64,000 nt of DNA from assembly GCF_009914755.1 (NCBI RefSeq), contig NC_060927.1; one strand, 5' to 3'. This document shows positions 1 through 14,516 of this stretch, one piece after another. This stretch comes from the human T2T-CHM13v2.0 reference genome, Homo sapiens. Within the stretch, counting starts at the first letter, position 1, and every line of letters begins with the position of its first letter. The notes beneath the pieces are model-generated. The model had not been told where the DNA came from. It did not search any database and saw only the letters and a program-made list of their open reading frames with translations. The translations under genes and the position numbers were made by a program.

Positions 1-20
1 ACGGTGCTCCCACCACAGAC

Positions 21-195
21 CTCGTTGGCGGCTCCCAATCATCCTCCTCCTCCTCCTCTGGAAAGCTCTCGTCAGCTGGGGTTGGGGTATAGCTCGTCCT
101 CCGGGGCTCGGTGGGTGGGGGGCTGCCCCTCAGCCAGCCAGGCCTCCGCTCCTGGGGGGTCGTGCCCCGGGCTGCTGCCTGTGGTGTATAGGACC
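21..195 (-). CDS. GRIP2: Exon 20 (175 nt) [11 protein letters not shown]...[14 protein letters not shown]
   Basis: CACCAG|GGT and GAG|GTCTGT; phase 1-2; open frame with an acidic tract. Confidence 0.88.
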
Positions 196-1206
196 CTGGT
201 GGTGGAGAGAGGGCCTCTGTGTTCCCTGCGGCCTCACCTTGCCCTCCTGCCTGCCCCATTTCCAGCTGTGCTGAGTGACCCTGGGGAGGTCGTTGCTCCT
301 CTCTGGGCCTGCATCTACACAGCCCTCTGAGGGCCTCTGCCTCTCAGAATCTCCCTGGAGCTCCTGGTCATCCAGAAGTTAATGCCTGGGGCTCTGCGAC
401 TCTGTCTCAACTCCATCGGCCTGGGCTTGGCCATCACCCTGCCACGGAAGGAGGCTGAACATGTGGCCCACCCTCCACTTCCTGCCTTTGGGAGCTCTGA
501 AGGTCCAGCCCCAGGGAGTGAGCTGAGAGATGCTGACAGAGAGCTGGAGATGGGGAAGCTGAGGCCCAGGGAGAGCAGGTGTCCGCAGGCAAGAACGGGC
601 TGGCAGCCACCTACGGCCCGTAGAGGCCTCGCCCCCCCTACCCAGTCCTCTGAGTTGGACCATGGGGAGTTCCGGTGGCTCTGGGTCATTGAGGCCAGCT
701 GGCCAGCCACCAGACTCAGACGTCTCCCTGCGGCCACCTCCGGGTCTCAACATGCATTGGCCTGGGAGGGAGCCCGAGGTGTCTGCCCCACATCCGGTCT
801 TGTAGGCTGGGGTGGGAGGGGGCTTTTGGCCTCCCTATTTTCAACTGGATGGAATGAACATTGTTGAGCACCTACTGTGTGCCAGACATTGGGCTAGGAA
901 GGAAGGCTACAGTAGAAGAAAGACCAACTTTGTCCGTAACTTCACAGTGGGGAAAGCTTAGCAGCCAGCATGGGACCCATGGTTCTAAATCAAAAGATAT
1001 GGCTGCAGTCCATGCTTCCAGGAGCAAGGGGCCCTAAGAGTGGCTTACGGAGCCAAATCAGGTCTTCCTTCAGGAAGGGCCCCTAAAGGATGCCAGGAGA
1101 GGAGCGCAGGAGGGAGGAACAGGCACAAGAACAGTCCTGCACAGGCCCAGCAGCAGGGGCGGCCTAGAGAGAGCGTGCCACTTGTCCAAGGGCCCCAAGG
1201 TATTAC

Positions 1207-1386
1207 CTGGGCCCCCAAAGCCACCCTCGGTGGCCGAGCTGTCCCAAGACTCCACAGCACTGTCCACACTGGGCACAGCCGGCGAGAAGCGGGCTGCTGG
1301 CAGGCCTCCTTTCAGGGCATCTGCTGGGTCCTCATCAGCATCACTGGTCTCACTGAGGCTGCCCGACTTGCGGGGTAGGAGGGGAC
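1207..1386 (-). CDS. GRIP2: Exon 19 (180 nt), linker [16 protein letters not shown]...[13 protein letters not shown]...GGP
   Basis: TCCCAG|GTC and CAG|GTAATA; phase 1-1; contains the GRIP-family SVDSAV(D/E)SWD motif. Confidence 0.94.
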
Positions 1387-1966
1387 CTGGGAGGAGAGAG
1401 GGGTGTCAATTCTGACTTCAGAGACACTCACAGTGAGCCTCAGTTTCTGCATTTCAGCCTGGTCTGGAAACTCACAGGCAGTAAGCCCTTCTGAGCTGAC
1501 ATATGACCATGGCACACTAATAAGCAAACCTGTTTCACAGATGGGAAAACTGAGGCTCGGGGAAGCTGAGCAGCATGCCCGAGATCACACAGTGAGCACC
1601 AGTGGAGCCAGGATTAGCTCAGGCCCCTTCCACTGCCTATGGTGGCCTTTCTACCAAGGCACGGGGACGTATTCAGGGGCAGCTGAGGAATGCATGAGTT
1701 ATGGCCATGAAGCATACACACGTGAGCACCTTAAGAGGCAGGAAGTAATGAAGAACAGGGCTCAGACCCAGATTCTGCCCCGTGCCCACTGTGTGGCCCT
1801 GGGCTCATCACTTCCCTCTCTGAGTCTTATCTTCTTTGCCATCGCAGGCCCGCCTCCACAGGGCTGCAGTGAGGACTCTGTGAGGGTGTGCAGGCAAAGC
1901 CTGGCACAGAGGGATTGCCCTTCCTAAACCTGCTGGGTGGCTCCCAGGGGATGAAGCGAATCTCAC

Positions 1967-2106
1967 GGTCTAGTTGCTTCTTGATCTTCAGTGTGACGGT
2001 CTCTCCAGCCACCTGCAGGAGGTGGATGGCCTCGCTCAGCGGCCGGCCCTTGAGGCTAACGTTGTTGATGGCCAGAATGCGGTCCCCCACGTGGATGGCA
2101 CCAGTC
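1967..2106 (-). CDS. GRIP2: Exon 18 (140 nt), PDZ6 C-half [15 protein letters not shown]...KKQLD
   Basis: CCTCAG|GAC and ACC|GTGAGA; phase 2-1. Confidence 0.96.
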
Positions 2107-3034
2107 CTGAGGAGTGGATGCAGGGCAGAGAATGGGAGTTAGACACTCAGGGCCTCAGAGTGGCAGTCTGCCCTCAGGGAATCCAGGAGAGCCACAAAGC
2201 AGAAGTCTGGCTGACCCCAGTTAAACCCAGCTGCCAAAAACAAAACAAAAGCACGCAAGTATGATCTTGGATCACATTAATAGAGACATAAAGTCTAGAA
2301 CCTGGGAGGGGATTGTCCCACCTGACTGCAAAATTAGGTTCTGGAACCAGTGTCCAACACAGGTTTTGAGAATCCCACATACTAGCTGCCAAATACTTGC
2401 TATGTGATCTTGGGCCAGTTTCTTAAACCCTTGAGTTTCAGTTTCTTCATCTGTAAAATGGGGGTGATAATACTAATTTAATTATCAAATCATAACTGAG
2501 GCGTGAATGAACGGAATGGATTCCTACTTCCCTCCAGCAGACACCCTTGGTAGCCATTGCCCCTTCCTGGGCCTCAGTTTTCCCACCTGGAGAATGGGCA
2601 TAATCACCAGCGCCCAGCAGACCTCACAGTAGGGCGTGAAGGGCTGGTGATGCCAGGCGGCAGCACTGCTGTGGCCCAGTGGTTTTCTACCTGGACACCC
2701 ATTACAATGACCTGAGGAGCTTTTTGAAAATGCAGGTGCCTGGGCCCCACATCTGACCAATTAAATAGTACCTGTGGGGATGGGGCAGGAAGGTGATTCT
2801 GAGGAGCAGCCAGGGCTGAGCAGGGGAGAAGCTGTAGCAGGTGCTTAGAGTGACCTGAGCCAGGTGGAGGAAAAGGAGGCAGAGGACTAGGGTCAGGGGT
2901 CTTTAACCTCTGGGGCTGTAGATGTCACCCCATATGGGAGCTCCTGGAGAGTCATGCTTGGGCATTGCCCTGCACTTCCCCAGGGATGAGGATAGTGAGC
3001 GAGTCAGGGAATGGTGGGCTCCGGGAGGGGACCA

Positions 3035-3320
3035 GAGCTGTAGTGTCCAATATGGCAGCCACCAGCCACAGGTGGCTGCTGAGCCCCTCAAATGTGACTG
3101 CCCAAATTGAGATGTGCTAAAAGCAGAAAACTCACACCAGATACGGAAGGTGTAACATGAAAAAGAATATAAGACATGTTCTTAATGGTTTTTATTTGAT
3201 TACATGTTGAACTAAATATATATTTAAGATGAATTTCATCTTTTTGCTTTGCAGATGTGGCTACTAGAAAGTGTCTGATTAAATTTGTGGCTCAAATTAT
3301 ATTTCAGTTGGACAGCACTG
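3035..3320. mobile_element. MER3/MER33-like hAT DNA transposon
   Basis: Terminal inverted repeats gctgtagtgtccaat...ttggacagcactg and internal agccac/gtggct palindromic motifs. Confidence 0.7.
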
Positions 3321-4225
3321 AGCTACATCAGCCCGGCGAAGGCAGGAGGGTTGTCTGTACAGCCCCAGCAACCAGGACAGAGGGGCCAGGCACACAGCAG
3401 GTGCCCAGTACATGCTCGAATTGATGAAGACATTGGGGTCAGAAGGGTTCCACACCGACCTCTGCAGTCTGCCAGGTGTCCAGCAGGGGGCGCTCCAGGA
3501 GCAGGGTCCACGTCCCGGAATCCCTCCCATCCTCTCCCCACCCGCCCAGCCACCGCCCCTCCTGCGCGGTGCCCTCCTCCGGGACGCGTCCTGCCCCTGC
3601 AGCCCCCACCAGGCTCTCCTTTTACCGCCCGCTCGTTGCTGTGCTGGGAGCTCACCGCTTCCTTGCCTGCCGGATTCATCCCTGCCCAGCTCGGGGGAGA
3701 AGGCTCGGTCTCACCCACACTGGGGGTCGGGTTCCATCTCTGACCTCCACCTCACCCTGGGACAGGGCTCCATTCTTACAGCTCCCTCAGCTGCCACAGT
3801 TTCAGAGTCTAGGGGCAGCAGGGACAGTCCCCCAATGCCTCAGGAAAGCCCTAGGCAGTGCTGGGACCAGGGTACTGGGGCACTGCCCCATCCTATTCCG
3901 CACACAGCAGGCGCTCCAAATAGCCTTGCAGGGCTGACCTTCCAGACACAGGTAGGAGCAGGAAGATGCACACACCTTGGCCCAGTGCTTACCTGGAGCC
4001 AGGAGGTCTGCTGGGGTGTGGGCCTCTGCCCTGGCAGGCAGGGGCTGACACTCATTTTACAAATGCAGACCTGAGTCTCAGAGAGGGGAAGTGACTGGCC
4101 CAATGTCACCCACAGTGTCAATGTTGGAACAGAGGTCAGAATCTTGCTTGGCTTTGCCATAGCCCCAGCTCTTGCTTCCTGTGTTCCCTGAGCCCACCAT
4201 GCGTCCCCACAGAGCCCCAGTTCAC

Positions 4226-4370
4226 CTCTCAGCCAGGCCACGCTTGGTGAGGCCTGAGATGACAATGGGGTCAAAAGGTTCCTCCGTGCCCGAAATGGTG
4301 ATGCCCAGGGGACCCCCGTAGCGCTTCAGCTCCACTGTGTAACTGACGGCACCTGTGGTCTCCAGCTCAT
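4226..4370 (-). CDS. GRIP2: Exon 17 (145 nt), PDZ6 N-half [35 protein letters not shown]...LAER
   Basis: TTGCAG|ATG and GAG|GTGAAC; phase 1-2. This frame is not shown in the ORF track. Confidence 0.96.
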
Positions 4371-4664
4371 CTGCAAGCACGGGGACCCATGAGGAGGAGG
4401 CCCCCGAGGGGGTACCCAGCTTCCTAAAGCCTTGGCCTCACTCACTCACTCATACTTATTTATTAATTCATTCACCCAGTCACTCACGCTCTGATTTCAT
4501 GTAGCACAACCTGGGGACCCTGAGGCCATCTTCTGCCCAAATACCAGTAAAGAAAAGAAACATCACACCTCACCCACAATAATGACAACATTGATGACAA
4601 GAAACAGTGGCCTCTTTTCCTCCAGCAGCCAGCAGGAAGCAAAGGGAACCCCGATCATCCGTTG

Positions 4665-4970
4665 TTTTTTTTTTTTTTTTTTTTTTGAGACAGAGTCTTG
4701 CTCTGCTGCCCAGGCTGGAGTGCAATGGCACGATCTCAGTTCACTGCCATACCTCTGCTTCCAGGGTTCAAGTGATCCTCCCACCTCAGCCTCCCAAGTA
4801 TCTGGGACTACAGGCATGCACCACCAGACCCAGCTAATTTTTGTATTTTTTGTAGAGATGGGGTTTCGCCATGTTGCCCAGGCTGGTCTCGAACTCCTGG
4901 GCTTAAGTGCTCCACCCACCTTGGCCTCCCAAAGTGAGGGGTGTACAGGTATGAGCCATTGCACCTGGCC
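4665..4970 (-). mobile_element. Alu (AluJ-like), intron 16
   Basis: Poly-T followed by an antisense Alu dimer ending ...cctggcc. Confidence 0.93.
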
Positions 4971-5526
4971 CAACTTTTCTTAAAAGAAAAGAAAAGAAAA
5001 GAAAAGAAATCTACCTCCCACAGTAACCTTCTTTCACAGAGTCGGAGTTGGTGATTTGGAGGCTGCCCCTTTGAATCAGGGATTCACTTTCCAGTTGGCG
5101 CAGTCCTCACCCGTCCCTTTTGCCTCTCCAATCCATACAGCTTTTCTCACTCATTTATATCACTATCTGGCGTCAGTGGGGCCTGAGTCTGCAGTCTTTG
5201 CTTATCCACTCATAGCCTGCCACTCAAAAGGGCAGCCTCGCTCTTCCCCTGCCCTACCCACTCATCTCTCCACCAGCTGCACCAGCTGCACCCAGTAGGT
5301 CTCCTCTGCCAGGCTTGGTGCTAGATGTGGAGACTACGGGAGAGTCTCAAACTCCTGTCCACCTCACAGAGGCTCTGGAGGGCCCCAGACGCCGGGGACA
5401 GTGAGAAATCTGTGGTGTTGCCCCCTCCTTCATTTGTTCATTCCAGCCAGCCTTCAGCAGCGCCCACCACCCTCCCTTCCTCGGCTGGAGGGAGCCCTGA
5501 ATTGCAAGCTGGGAACCCGCTAGTCA

Positions 5527-5814
<288 letters not shown>

Positions 5815-5818
5815 CTAC

Positions 5819-5885
5819 CTGTGTGCCACGCTGCCTTTCTTGATGTCGGAGATGATCAAGGGCTCCCCTCGTTTCCTGCTGGCCG
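5819..5885 (-). CDS. GRIP2: Exon 15 (67 nt) [23 protein letters not shown]
   Basis: CCTCCAG|CGG and CAG|GTAGGG; phase 1-2. Confidence 0.95.
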
Positions 5886-7182
5886 CTGGAGGAAAAGAGG
5901 CCATGAATCTGACCTTGGTGGCCTCAGCCTGGGGTGGGGTGGCGAAGCCCAGGGGTCTGAGTGTGGACTCGGAGCCACTGGTCCTACTCACATCCTGGTC
6001 CCACTGCTTCCTGGCTGGGTGACCGTGAGCAAATCAGCTCACCTCCCTGTGCATCAGTTTCCCCCCTGTAAAATGGGGGTGGCACCGCAGACCTCATGGG
6101 GATGTGGTGAGAGTAAACCAGATAACACAGGCACAAGATCCAGCATGGCCCTTCCAATGCCAGCTCTTCTTTCCTCCTGCTCAGCCCATCCCCCAGCAAA
6201 CTGCGAGCTCTTTGTGGAGGGGGGCTGTCTGCTTGGTGTCTGTGTCCCCAGCACCGGGCTCAGGGCCAGCACCCAGGCTCTATTGTGTGCTTGGGGGTGG
6301 GAGACACAGAAGTGAACAAAACAGACAGCAATCTCTCCCTGCCCTCCTGGAGCTGGCACTCCAGTGGTGGTCACAATCAACAACATTTAAACACCGATGA
6401 AGTGAGCTGTGGAGAAACCTGAGAAACGGGCTTGTGTCGAGGGCGGTAAATGTTCAGTCAGGTGGTCGGGGAAGGCCTTGTCAAGTGACATTTGGGCAAA
6501 GCCATGAAGGAGGTAGGGAAGAGGCCAGAGGAACGGTCTCAGATGCAAAGGCCCAGAGGCAGGAAGGGGCAGGCATGGCAGGGAGCAGCCAGGCTGACTG
6601 CGGCTGGAGGGCTTGAGTTGGGGAGAGTCGGGAGATGAGGTCAGAGGTCATGGGGTCCAGAGCACAGAGGGCCTCACTGGGGCCCGAGGCCCTCAGCTTT
6701 TACTCAGAATAAGATGGGAGCCACGGGAGTGCTTTCACCTTTCCCATGCTCACCCATTCTACGTTTTTCTTCTGCATTCCTCATTTTCATTCCTTTGACA
6801 AACATGAATTAAGCACCTACTGTGTTCCAGGCCTTTGCTGGGCTCTGAGAACACAGAAGCAGGCAGAAAACCAAACCCAGCCTAAATATTTGTCACCTTC
6901 CAATGCTCTCTCACCATGGGCACCTCACAAGCCCCCTGGGAGACCCACGAGGCCAGGGGACTGCCATGGTGCAGAACGGGAAGCTGAAGCTTTGGGAAGC
7001 TGGGGTCTCGCTGAGAACACGCAGCTGGGTCCACGGAAGCCAGCCTCCCCACACCCCCAAGCCTTTTCCTCGGGCCCCGCAGGGTGTCACGCCATGGAAA
7101 TGCTGGTCTGAGCTTGGCAAGCTCTTTTTCCCCAGCAGTTGAGCTCGCTCCCAGGGGCAAACAGCAGCGGGAGGAGACTCAC

Positions 7183-7263
7183 AGCTGATGGTGATGCCCA
7201 GCTCCACGCTGCGCTTCTTGGGCAGCTTCACGTGGAAGGTGCCACTGCTTGGGATGACAGACT
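7183..7263 (-). CDS. GRIP2: Exon 14 (81 nt) [27 protein letters not shown] (PDZ5 start)
   Basis: CCCCAG|AGT and GCT|GTGAGT; phase 1-1. Confidence 0.95.
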
Positions 7264-8070
7264 CTGGGGGTAGATGGACATAAACCGACGTGAGGACCCA
7301 GAGGAGGAGCCTCAGCGAACCCCAGCCCCATGCCCATTCTGGCTGTGCTGGGAGTGACCCCGAAAGTCACAGTTCTAATCTCATCCCCCTGCTTCCTCTC
7401 AACAGAGGAGGAAACTGAGGCAGAGTGAGCTGACAGATTTGCTCAAAACAACTGACCTGCTCTAGTCAGACCAGAGTCGGGGCTGGAACCAGGCCTCTTG
7501 GCTGTCGGCTAGTGTGGCGGGCGGGAAGGGAGCTCCCCACAGCCTAACAACCCAGTGTGAATCTAGCACATATTTCCTGAGCACCTACTATGTGCCAGGC
7601 CGTGGCTGGGTATTTTCATGTTTTCATTTCTCTTGGGCATATGCCTCACCTAACCCAAGTACCGCCCCTATAGTGAAAAGATCGTTATCAACTATTTACG
7701 GATGGGGAAACAGTGGAGGGAGTGTCCTGTCCAAAGCCACACTGTGTTGAGGTCACAGAAGCAGAATTCTGACCCAAACTGTTGTTCGAGGTTCTTTGCC
7801 TAACCCATGCTGAGAAGGAGCTTGGAGTATTTTCAGCTCCCCAACCCCATCCCCACTTGGTCCTGCCCCTCTGCAAAAGTCTCCTGGTGTGGAAACTTCT
7901 CCCTCCCGTGCCAAGGCTTCCCTTCCCACTATAAGCTGCAAAGCCCCTGGGAGAAGGGCACTGGGCACAGAGGGGGATGGGGTGGAGCGTTTGCACAGGC
8001 GAGGCAGGATAAAGAGAGGAGGGGTGCAGGGCCCTGAAATATGAGGAGGAAGCTTGGGCCACTCACTCAC

Positions 8071-8216
8071 CCGCCACATCGAACTCCACCTCCAGCACGA
8101 CCTTGTGGGCCAGTGCGGCGTCCCGCAGGAGCTGGTTGGCTTCCTCCATAGTCCCGTCCTCGGTGGCAATGCCATTGATGGACAGGACACGGTCCCCCAC
8201 CTGCAGCAGCCCACAC
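8071..8216 (-). CDS. GRIP2: Exon 13 (146 nt), PDZ4 C-half [15 protein letters not shown]...VEFDVA
   Basis: GTTCAG|GTG and CGG|GTGAGT; phase 2-1. Confidence 0.96.
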
Positions 8217-8697
8217 CTGAACCCAGGGGGCCCGGCAGAGAGAAGAGGCTCCGTGACAGGTCCATTGGGAGACAAGAACGCCATGCAGGGCAGGACTGAA
8301 CCTGGGTCACACCTCCTGGTCTGGGGTGACTCTCAGCTCTGCCCTGGCCCACCTGTGTATCCTCAGGAATCTGGCTAAGGGCTGGACCTTGCTGGACCTC
8401 AGTTTCCCTGTCTGTCCAATGGGGATGATGGCATGGGCCTTACAAGTTGTGTATACAGAGGACTCTGCCTTCAGGCAGACAGGGGTTCAAGCCCTGGGAT
8501 TCCATGGGTGAGCTGTGTAATCCTGGGCAAGTGAGTCAGCTTCTCTGAGCCTCGGTTTCCTCATCTGTAAAATGGGGCTGGTGCTGGGGCTGATGCAATG
8601 GTTAAGTGAGATGCGCTTGTGAAGCTAGGGCTTGGTGCTGTGACTCAGTTTCTCTCAGAGAGTGGCAGGCTCAGTAGGGAGGGGGCAGGAGGCTCAC

Positions 8698-8884
8698 CTC
8701 TCAGCCGGACTGTCAGGCTCGATGAAGCACACGAGGGGTGGGGAGGACAGGGTCTCGGTGGCGAAGATGCCGCCCTGGAGCTGGAGGCCAAAGCCGCTGA
8801 GGGGGTCTCCACAGAGCACGACCTCCGTGGTCTCCGTGTGCACAATCTGCCCGCCCGGCCCCACCGTGCTGGAGGCTAGCGACA
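8698..8884 (-). CDS. GRIP2: Exon 12 (187 nt), PDZ4 N-half [24 protein letters not shown]...SPAER
   Basis: CTACAG|TGT and GAG|GTGAGC; phase 1-2. Confidence 0.96.
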
Positions 8885-9236
8885 CTGTAGGACAGGTGGG
8901 CCCAGCATTCAGGTGAGCCGCCCCACGGAGGTCTTCCTGCCAGGGCCTGCCCATCCCGGGGCCCTAGGCACTGGAGCCAGAGTGCAAGGAAGTGGGAGCC
9001 CTGACTCAGTCTGGGACCAGACAGATCACAGCTCACTCTGAGCCTTGGCTTCCTCATCTGAACAATGGGATCGTTGATTCCCACCTCGTGGGGTGTGGCA
9101 AGGACTAGGGAAGACAGTGGCTGGGATTGACTGTCATGCTGTAAAGCAGGTTCTGGGGGGCAGTGTCATTTTATTGTATTATTGTGCTGTGATCTACTGT
9201 AGTATCTACTATATTATGTCACTCTGCTTTTCGGTA

Positions 9237-9812
9237 AGAGGTTTATTGAGATATAATTTACATACCACAGTAGTCACCTATTTAATGTGTACAATTCAGT
9301 GGTTTTTAGTGTATTCACAATTATGCAAACATCACCACGATGCATTTGAGAACATTTCATCACCTCCAGAAGAAACCCTGTTCCCTTCAGCCATCCCCAA
9401 AGATCTTCCTATGTCCCTCAGCCCTAGGCAACCGCGAATCTACTTTCATCTCTGCATTTGCCTGTTCTGGGCACTTTATATAAACAGAATCATGCACCAT
9501 GTGGCCTTTGTGACAGGCTGCTTTCACTTGGCATAATGTTTTCAAGTTCATCCACATTTTGCAGGTGTCAGAATTGCATTCCTTTTTGTGGCTGAATAAT
9601 ATTCCATTGTATGGATACACCACATTTTGTTTATCTATTCATCCATTGGTGGATACTGCGTTCCTTCCACTATTTGGCTACAGTGAATAATGCTACTATG
9701 AACATTTGTGTATAAGTTTTTAGGTGGAGATGACACATGTTTTCACTTCTCTTGGGCATATACCTAGGAGTGGAATTGCTGGGTGATATGGCAACTCTAT
9801 GTTTAACTATTT
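9237..9812 (-). mobile_element. L1MB-like 3' end
   Basis: gtttattgagatataatttacatacc...atacctaggagtggaattgctggg is an antisense L1M 3' UTR. Confidence 0.8.
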
Positions 9813-10021
9813 GATACATAAGGTTATTTAATAAATATTGTTTTACATTCCATATATGAAATATATTTGCATCATTAATATGAATCCTGAAAGTCATTTA
9901 TTATTTATCAAACAAAATTTATTTGGTATTTCATTACTAATTATATTATTGTGTCATATTATATTATTAAATTATATTGTATATTATACATTACAAAATG
10001 TGTAATATGTTATGTTTTTAG

Positions 10022-10394
<373 letters not shown>

Positions 10395-11469
10395 TAATTA
10401 ATTAATTATAATTAATTAATAAATTACTATCAACAGCAATAATGATAGTACTTTCTTAGTTACACATCCCAGGAAGGAGACAGGCAGAGGAGTCGCAAGA
10501 GCCTCCAGTCTCCACATCCCCCACCTACGAACAGCATTTCTGCATCTTTTCATCTACATATTCCCCACTTTGGTGGCCAGGAAAGGTGGTTAGTAGAGAT
10601 ATATTTTCTCTCTCATCTGACTGAAATCTGTTTCCCATTTCCCTTTGGCTGCCAGGGAGTGTAGAACCATATTTAGCTTTTTTCAGACACCAGGTGACCT
10701 GTACTCCTCTCTTCTTTCACCTGGTTCTATCTCAAATGGCCCAGTTTGATCTTCTATCCTTCCTGGAGGCCTCTGCAGCTCATGTGGCAGGAGGCTGAGA
10801 ACCCTTTCTGCATCAACAAAGGAAAGACTGTTCCCAAGAAGGGTTTCAAAATTTTAGGCATTATTGTGTTTTGCCACTTCCACAGGGCTCCTGCCTTATC
10901 ATTCACTACTTTTGTCTTCTATTGATTTACTTTTCTTAACATGTAAATATCTTTATTTCAAAAGGGCAATTTTGAACAATAAATAAGCAGAGAAGTAAGA
11001 CTGGAAATTATTACATTCTGGACAGCTAGAGTCTCAGGCCATGTCTTTGTCTTAGGGGAAATTAACAAATGGCAGAGAGGTGGTAAGGATATAGTAACGC
11101 AGCACTGAGGCTTTATCCATGAATGAATCAGGACTGAATGGCAAAAAATGTGAAAACTTCATGCACATCTGAAAAGACTTCCTTTCCTCAAGGACGTTAT
11201 CACCAAATCCTAGGAATTTTTCATAATAAAAATACAAGAATAAAAGTGTACAAAGTAACTGGCACCTCTCAGTGGTCCTCTTGAGCAGTGCACAACCTGC
11301 CCAACCATCCATGACAGCCTGGTGTTCCACTCATGTTATTTAACATTCCCACGCATACACCTGGAGCTCTGCCCAAAATACCTCCCCTCGCCCTGACATA
11401 CACCCTTTGGCAAGCCTCACTCTCAGACATACAAGCAGCCCAAGGAGGAGGGAAGAGACCACAGCTTAC

Positions 11470-11619
11470 ACGAGCTCTTGTGTTCCCTTCTTCGCTGCCT
11501 CCTCCGCCCCATTGTAGTTCGAGGACTCATGGGCTGGGATCCACGGGGAAGGGTGCTGGGGTTGTTGCAGGAAAAGGCGTGGTTCAAGGTCGGCGAGGAA
11601 AAGGGAGTTGAAGACAAGG
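11470..11619 (-). CDS. GRIP2: Exon 11 (150 nt), linker [13 protein letters not shown]...[12 protein letters not shown]
   Basis: CCCCAG|CCT and CGT|GTAAGC; phase 1-1. Confidence 0.93.
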
Positions 11620-11896
11620 CTGGGGAGATGAGAGCACAGCCCCGTGAACCCCAGCCGAGGCTCTCCACCCCACCACACAGTGGGTGCTGGGAAGCCACCC
11701 AACCACAGGGAGAGATGGGGATGCCTTCCCCCTTCACATCAGTTACTCATTGTGTGACCTCAGGCAAGTCCCTTTCCTCTCTGGGTCTCAAAGACTGCAG
11801 GGTTTCCATAGACCCTGTGAAACTCAGCTATTAGGGACGGGGCCAATCTTGCCACTGGCATGCTAGATGACAATGAGGCAGGCCACCTAATCTCTC

Positions 11897-12075
<179 letters not shown>

Positions 12076-12177
12076 TAATCTCTGAGTCTGAGTTTCCTTC
12101 CCTTAGACAACAGGCATCGCCCCCTCCCTAGGAAAGGCTACAAGACTGGCTGAGCTACAGCAGGGCAGGCACATTAC

Positions 12178-12303
12178 ATCGGCTTTGGTCCTGGCCAGCA
12201 GGTGTGGCCCAGGTGGGCATCCTGCAGTGGCCGGGCCGGGGGCTGTGGCAGGAGGGCACGCAGGGGTCCCAGCGGTGCAGCTGCTCACTCCTCTGCACTT
12301 TCA
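12178..12303 (-). CDS. GRIP2: Exon 10 (126 nt), linker [42 protein letters not shown]
   Basis: CTACAG|TGA and GAT|GTAATG; phase 1-1. Confidence 0.88.
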
Positions 12304-14516
12304 CTGTAGCCAGCGGAGAAAGAGGAAAGAGAGGTGCAGGCGTTAGTGGCTGAGGGCACTATGAAGCCAGGAAAGCAAGAACCAGAAGATCCTCGTGCTT
12401 CCCCTGAGCCAGGCAAGGCATTTAGTATTCTGCTCACATGTCCCGGACGCCTACAATGTGCCGGGCACTGTGTTCAGAGTGCAGCTGCTGCCACATGGCA
12501 GCCTGAGAGGCAGGGACAGGAGAGAGAAAGGAAGCCAGGCCGAGGCCCACTGCTGGGAGGTTGTGGAGCAGGGATTTGAACACAGGCATCCTGCCCTGGA
12601 GCCGGAGAGGTCTATGGCTATGAGTGCTGCCATGAAGTTTCTCCAAGAAAGAATTGGTGAGGAGTGCAGCTGGCAGACGGTGTCCAGCTGCAGCACTTTG
12701 GGGATATGCAGTGGCTCTGCAGCCCAGGCAGCCTCGGCCAGTGGCTGAGCACCGGGGCACTAGGGCCTGGCTATTTCTGCCCCACGACTCTCCAGGACAG
12801 CCTTTGCTCCAGGGCTTCCTGCTGGGTTGGCCAAGGCTGAAGTGCACCACGGGCTGAGGCTGCTCCCCCTTCCCAGGCTGCAACCCTTCCCAGCCTTATC
12901 CACAGTGAATTCTTTGCACTCCTGTTCCAAGTTCCCAGGGAACCCCCACTGCCCCGACCCCCTAGGAGACCCTGCTTCCTCCATCTGATCCTCCAAACTG
13001 GCCACCATACAACACCTCTTCCCAGACCGCCCCAGGCCAGCTCTCCTCTTGCGCGGATGGACAGGTGAGGACTCAACTGTCTCAGCCCGTTGATTCTGTC
13101 TCCTTGAGCCACATCTCCACAGCCCCCCTCCCCAGGGCTTGGCCCACTCTGGAGCCAGTTGCCTGGGTCAAATCCCAGCTCTGTCCCTGACCAACTGCGG
13201 GACCTGGAGGAGTCACTTCGCCTATCTGTGCCTCAGTGCTATTATCTGTAAAATGGGACCAAGAGAGTGGCCACCTCCTCGGGTAATGGGGAGGGTTAGA
13301 ATGAGTTAATAATATAACATGCTTAGAGCAGTGCCTGGCACTTAGTAGAAGCTCAGTTAATGAGAGCCAAGGGGTTGTACGCAGATGTGTAGCCTTGCAA
13401 CGCTACCTCAGCTTTCCCTGTAAAGTGGGAGGACAGTAAGACTAAGCTCAGAGAGGTGTCATGAGGAAGTAATGAGGCGTGCAGGCCGCGGCACCGAACC
13501 TGGCACGTGGCAGATGCTCGATAAATGGTACGAGAATGAATGACGCTGTTTCAAGCCCTAATGTCACCCAGACCAGTCCCTGGACTGTGGTTCATTCAGT
13601 GTGGCTTTTTCAGAAGCTGGCAGAGACCATAGAGATGGACTCTCCCCAAGAACTGTCCTCCCAATCAGATGTGGGGGATTCCGTTCTCTTCCAGAAGATG
13701 GGGTTTGCAAAGGGTGGGGTGGACAGACTCCTTCCTCACCCTCCAGCTCTGCCCTTAGGGCTAGGATTTATAGGCCTGGGCTGTGCCTTGTCCTTTATCT
13801 CCGTCAGCCTCCCCCATGTCTGTGCATTAGAAGTCCTCCCTCCTTTTTACAGATGAGATGACTGGGACTCAGAGAGGGAAAAGCACTTGTCCAGCTGCTG
13901 GGAGCAAAGATGGGACTTTCACTCAAGGCCCAAGGTTTGGGCTGCTGGACGTGCTTTCCTGCCCTGAGCTGAAAGCTGCCCCTCTGTGGCCACCCCCCAC
14001 CCTGCCCCTGGCCCCAACTGTGCCCTCTGGACCCCCAGACCACCCACTTCCTCTGCTCTTGGAAATGCCCAGCACCCAGCTCCCTGCTCATAGCTGGGAG
14101 ACCCTGACTCTTCAAAGGAGAAACTCCAGGCCCTCTCTAACTTCCCAGCTGCCTCCTCTGGATCTGCTGAGAGTCACTGAGAAGAGCCCAGGATCTAAGC
14201 TCTGAGTAGCAGAGAGCACAGGACTGTTCCCTCCCTCATTCTAGCCCTTATACTCCTATTAATGCAACCAGTGATGAAACCAGCTTTGGGGGCATCTATG
14301 CCAGCAGACTCAATTCAAACCCTCAAGTTGTTTCTCTGCCCCACCTTCCCACCCTCAGTTGCTGCTCTTAATAATTTGAGCTTCCCTGGGCAAATGAGGA
14401 TTTGTCCTAGTACATTTTAGCCTGCTCCTCCCAGCCTGCCCAGGGCTCTGGTCCCAGGCCTCTCAGGCCTCATGACTGCCCAGGTTTGGGCCCTGAGATC
14501 TACTGAGGGGACCCAC

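Noticed and set aside
1070-1966. Intron read-through C-termini after exons 18 and 19 as short six-PDZ isoforms
   Set aside because: The open frames are short, and I saw no clear polyadenylation signal or homology to support them.
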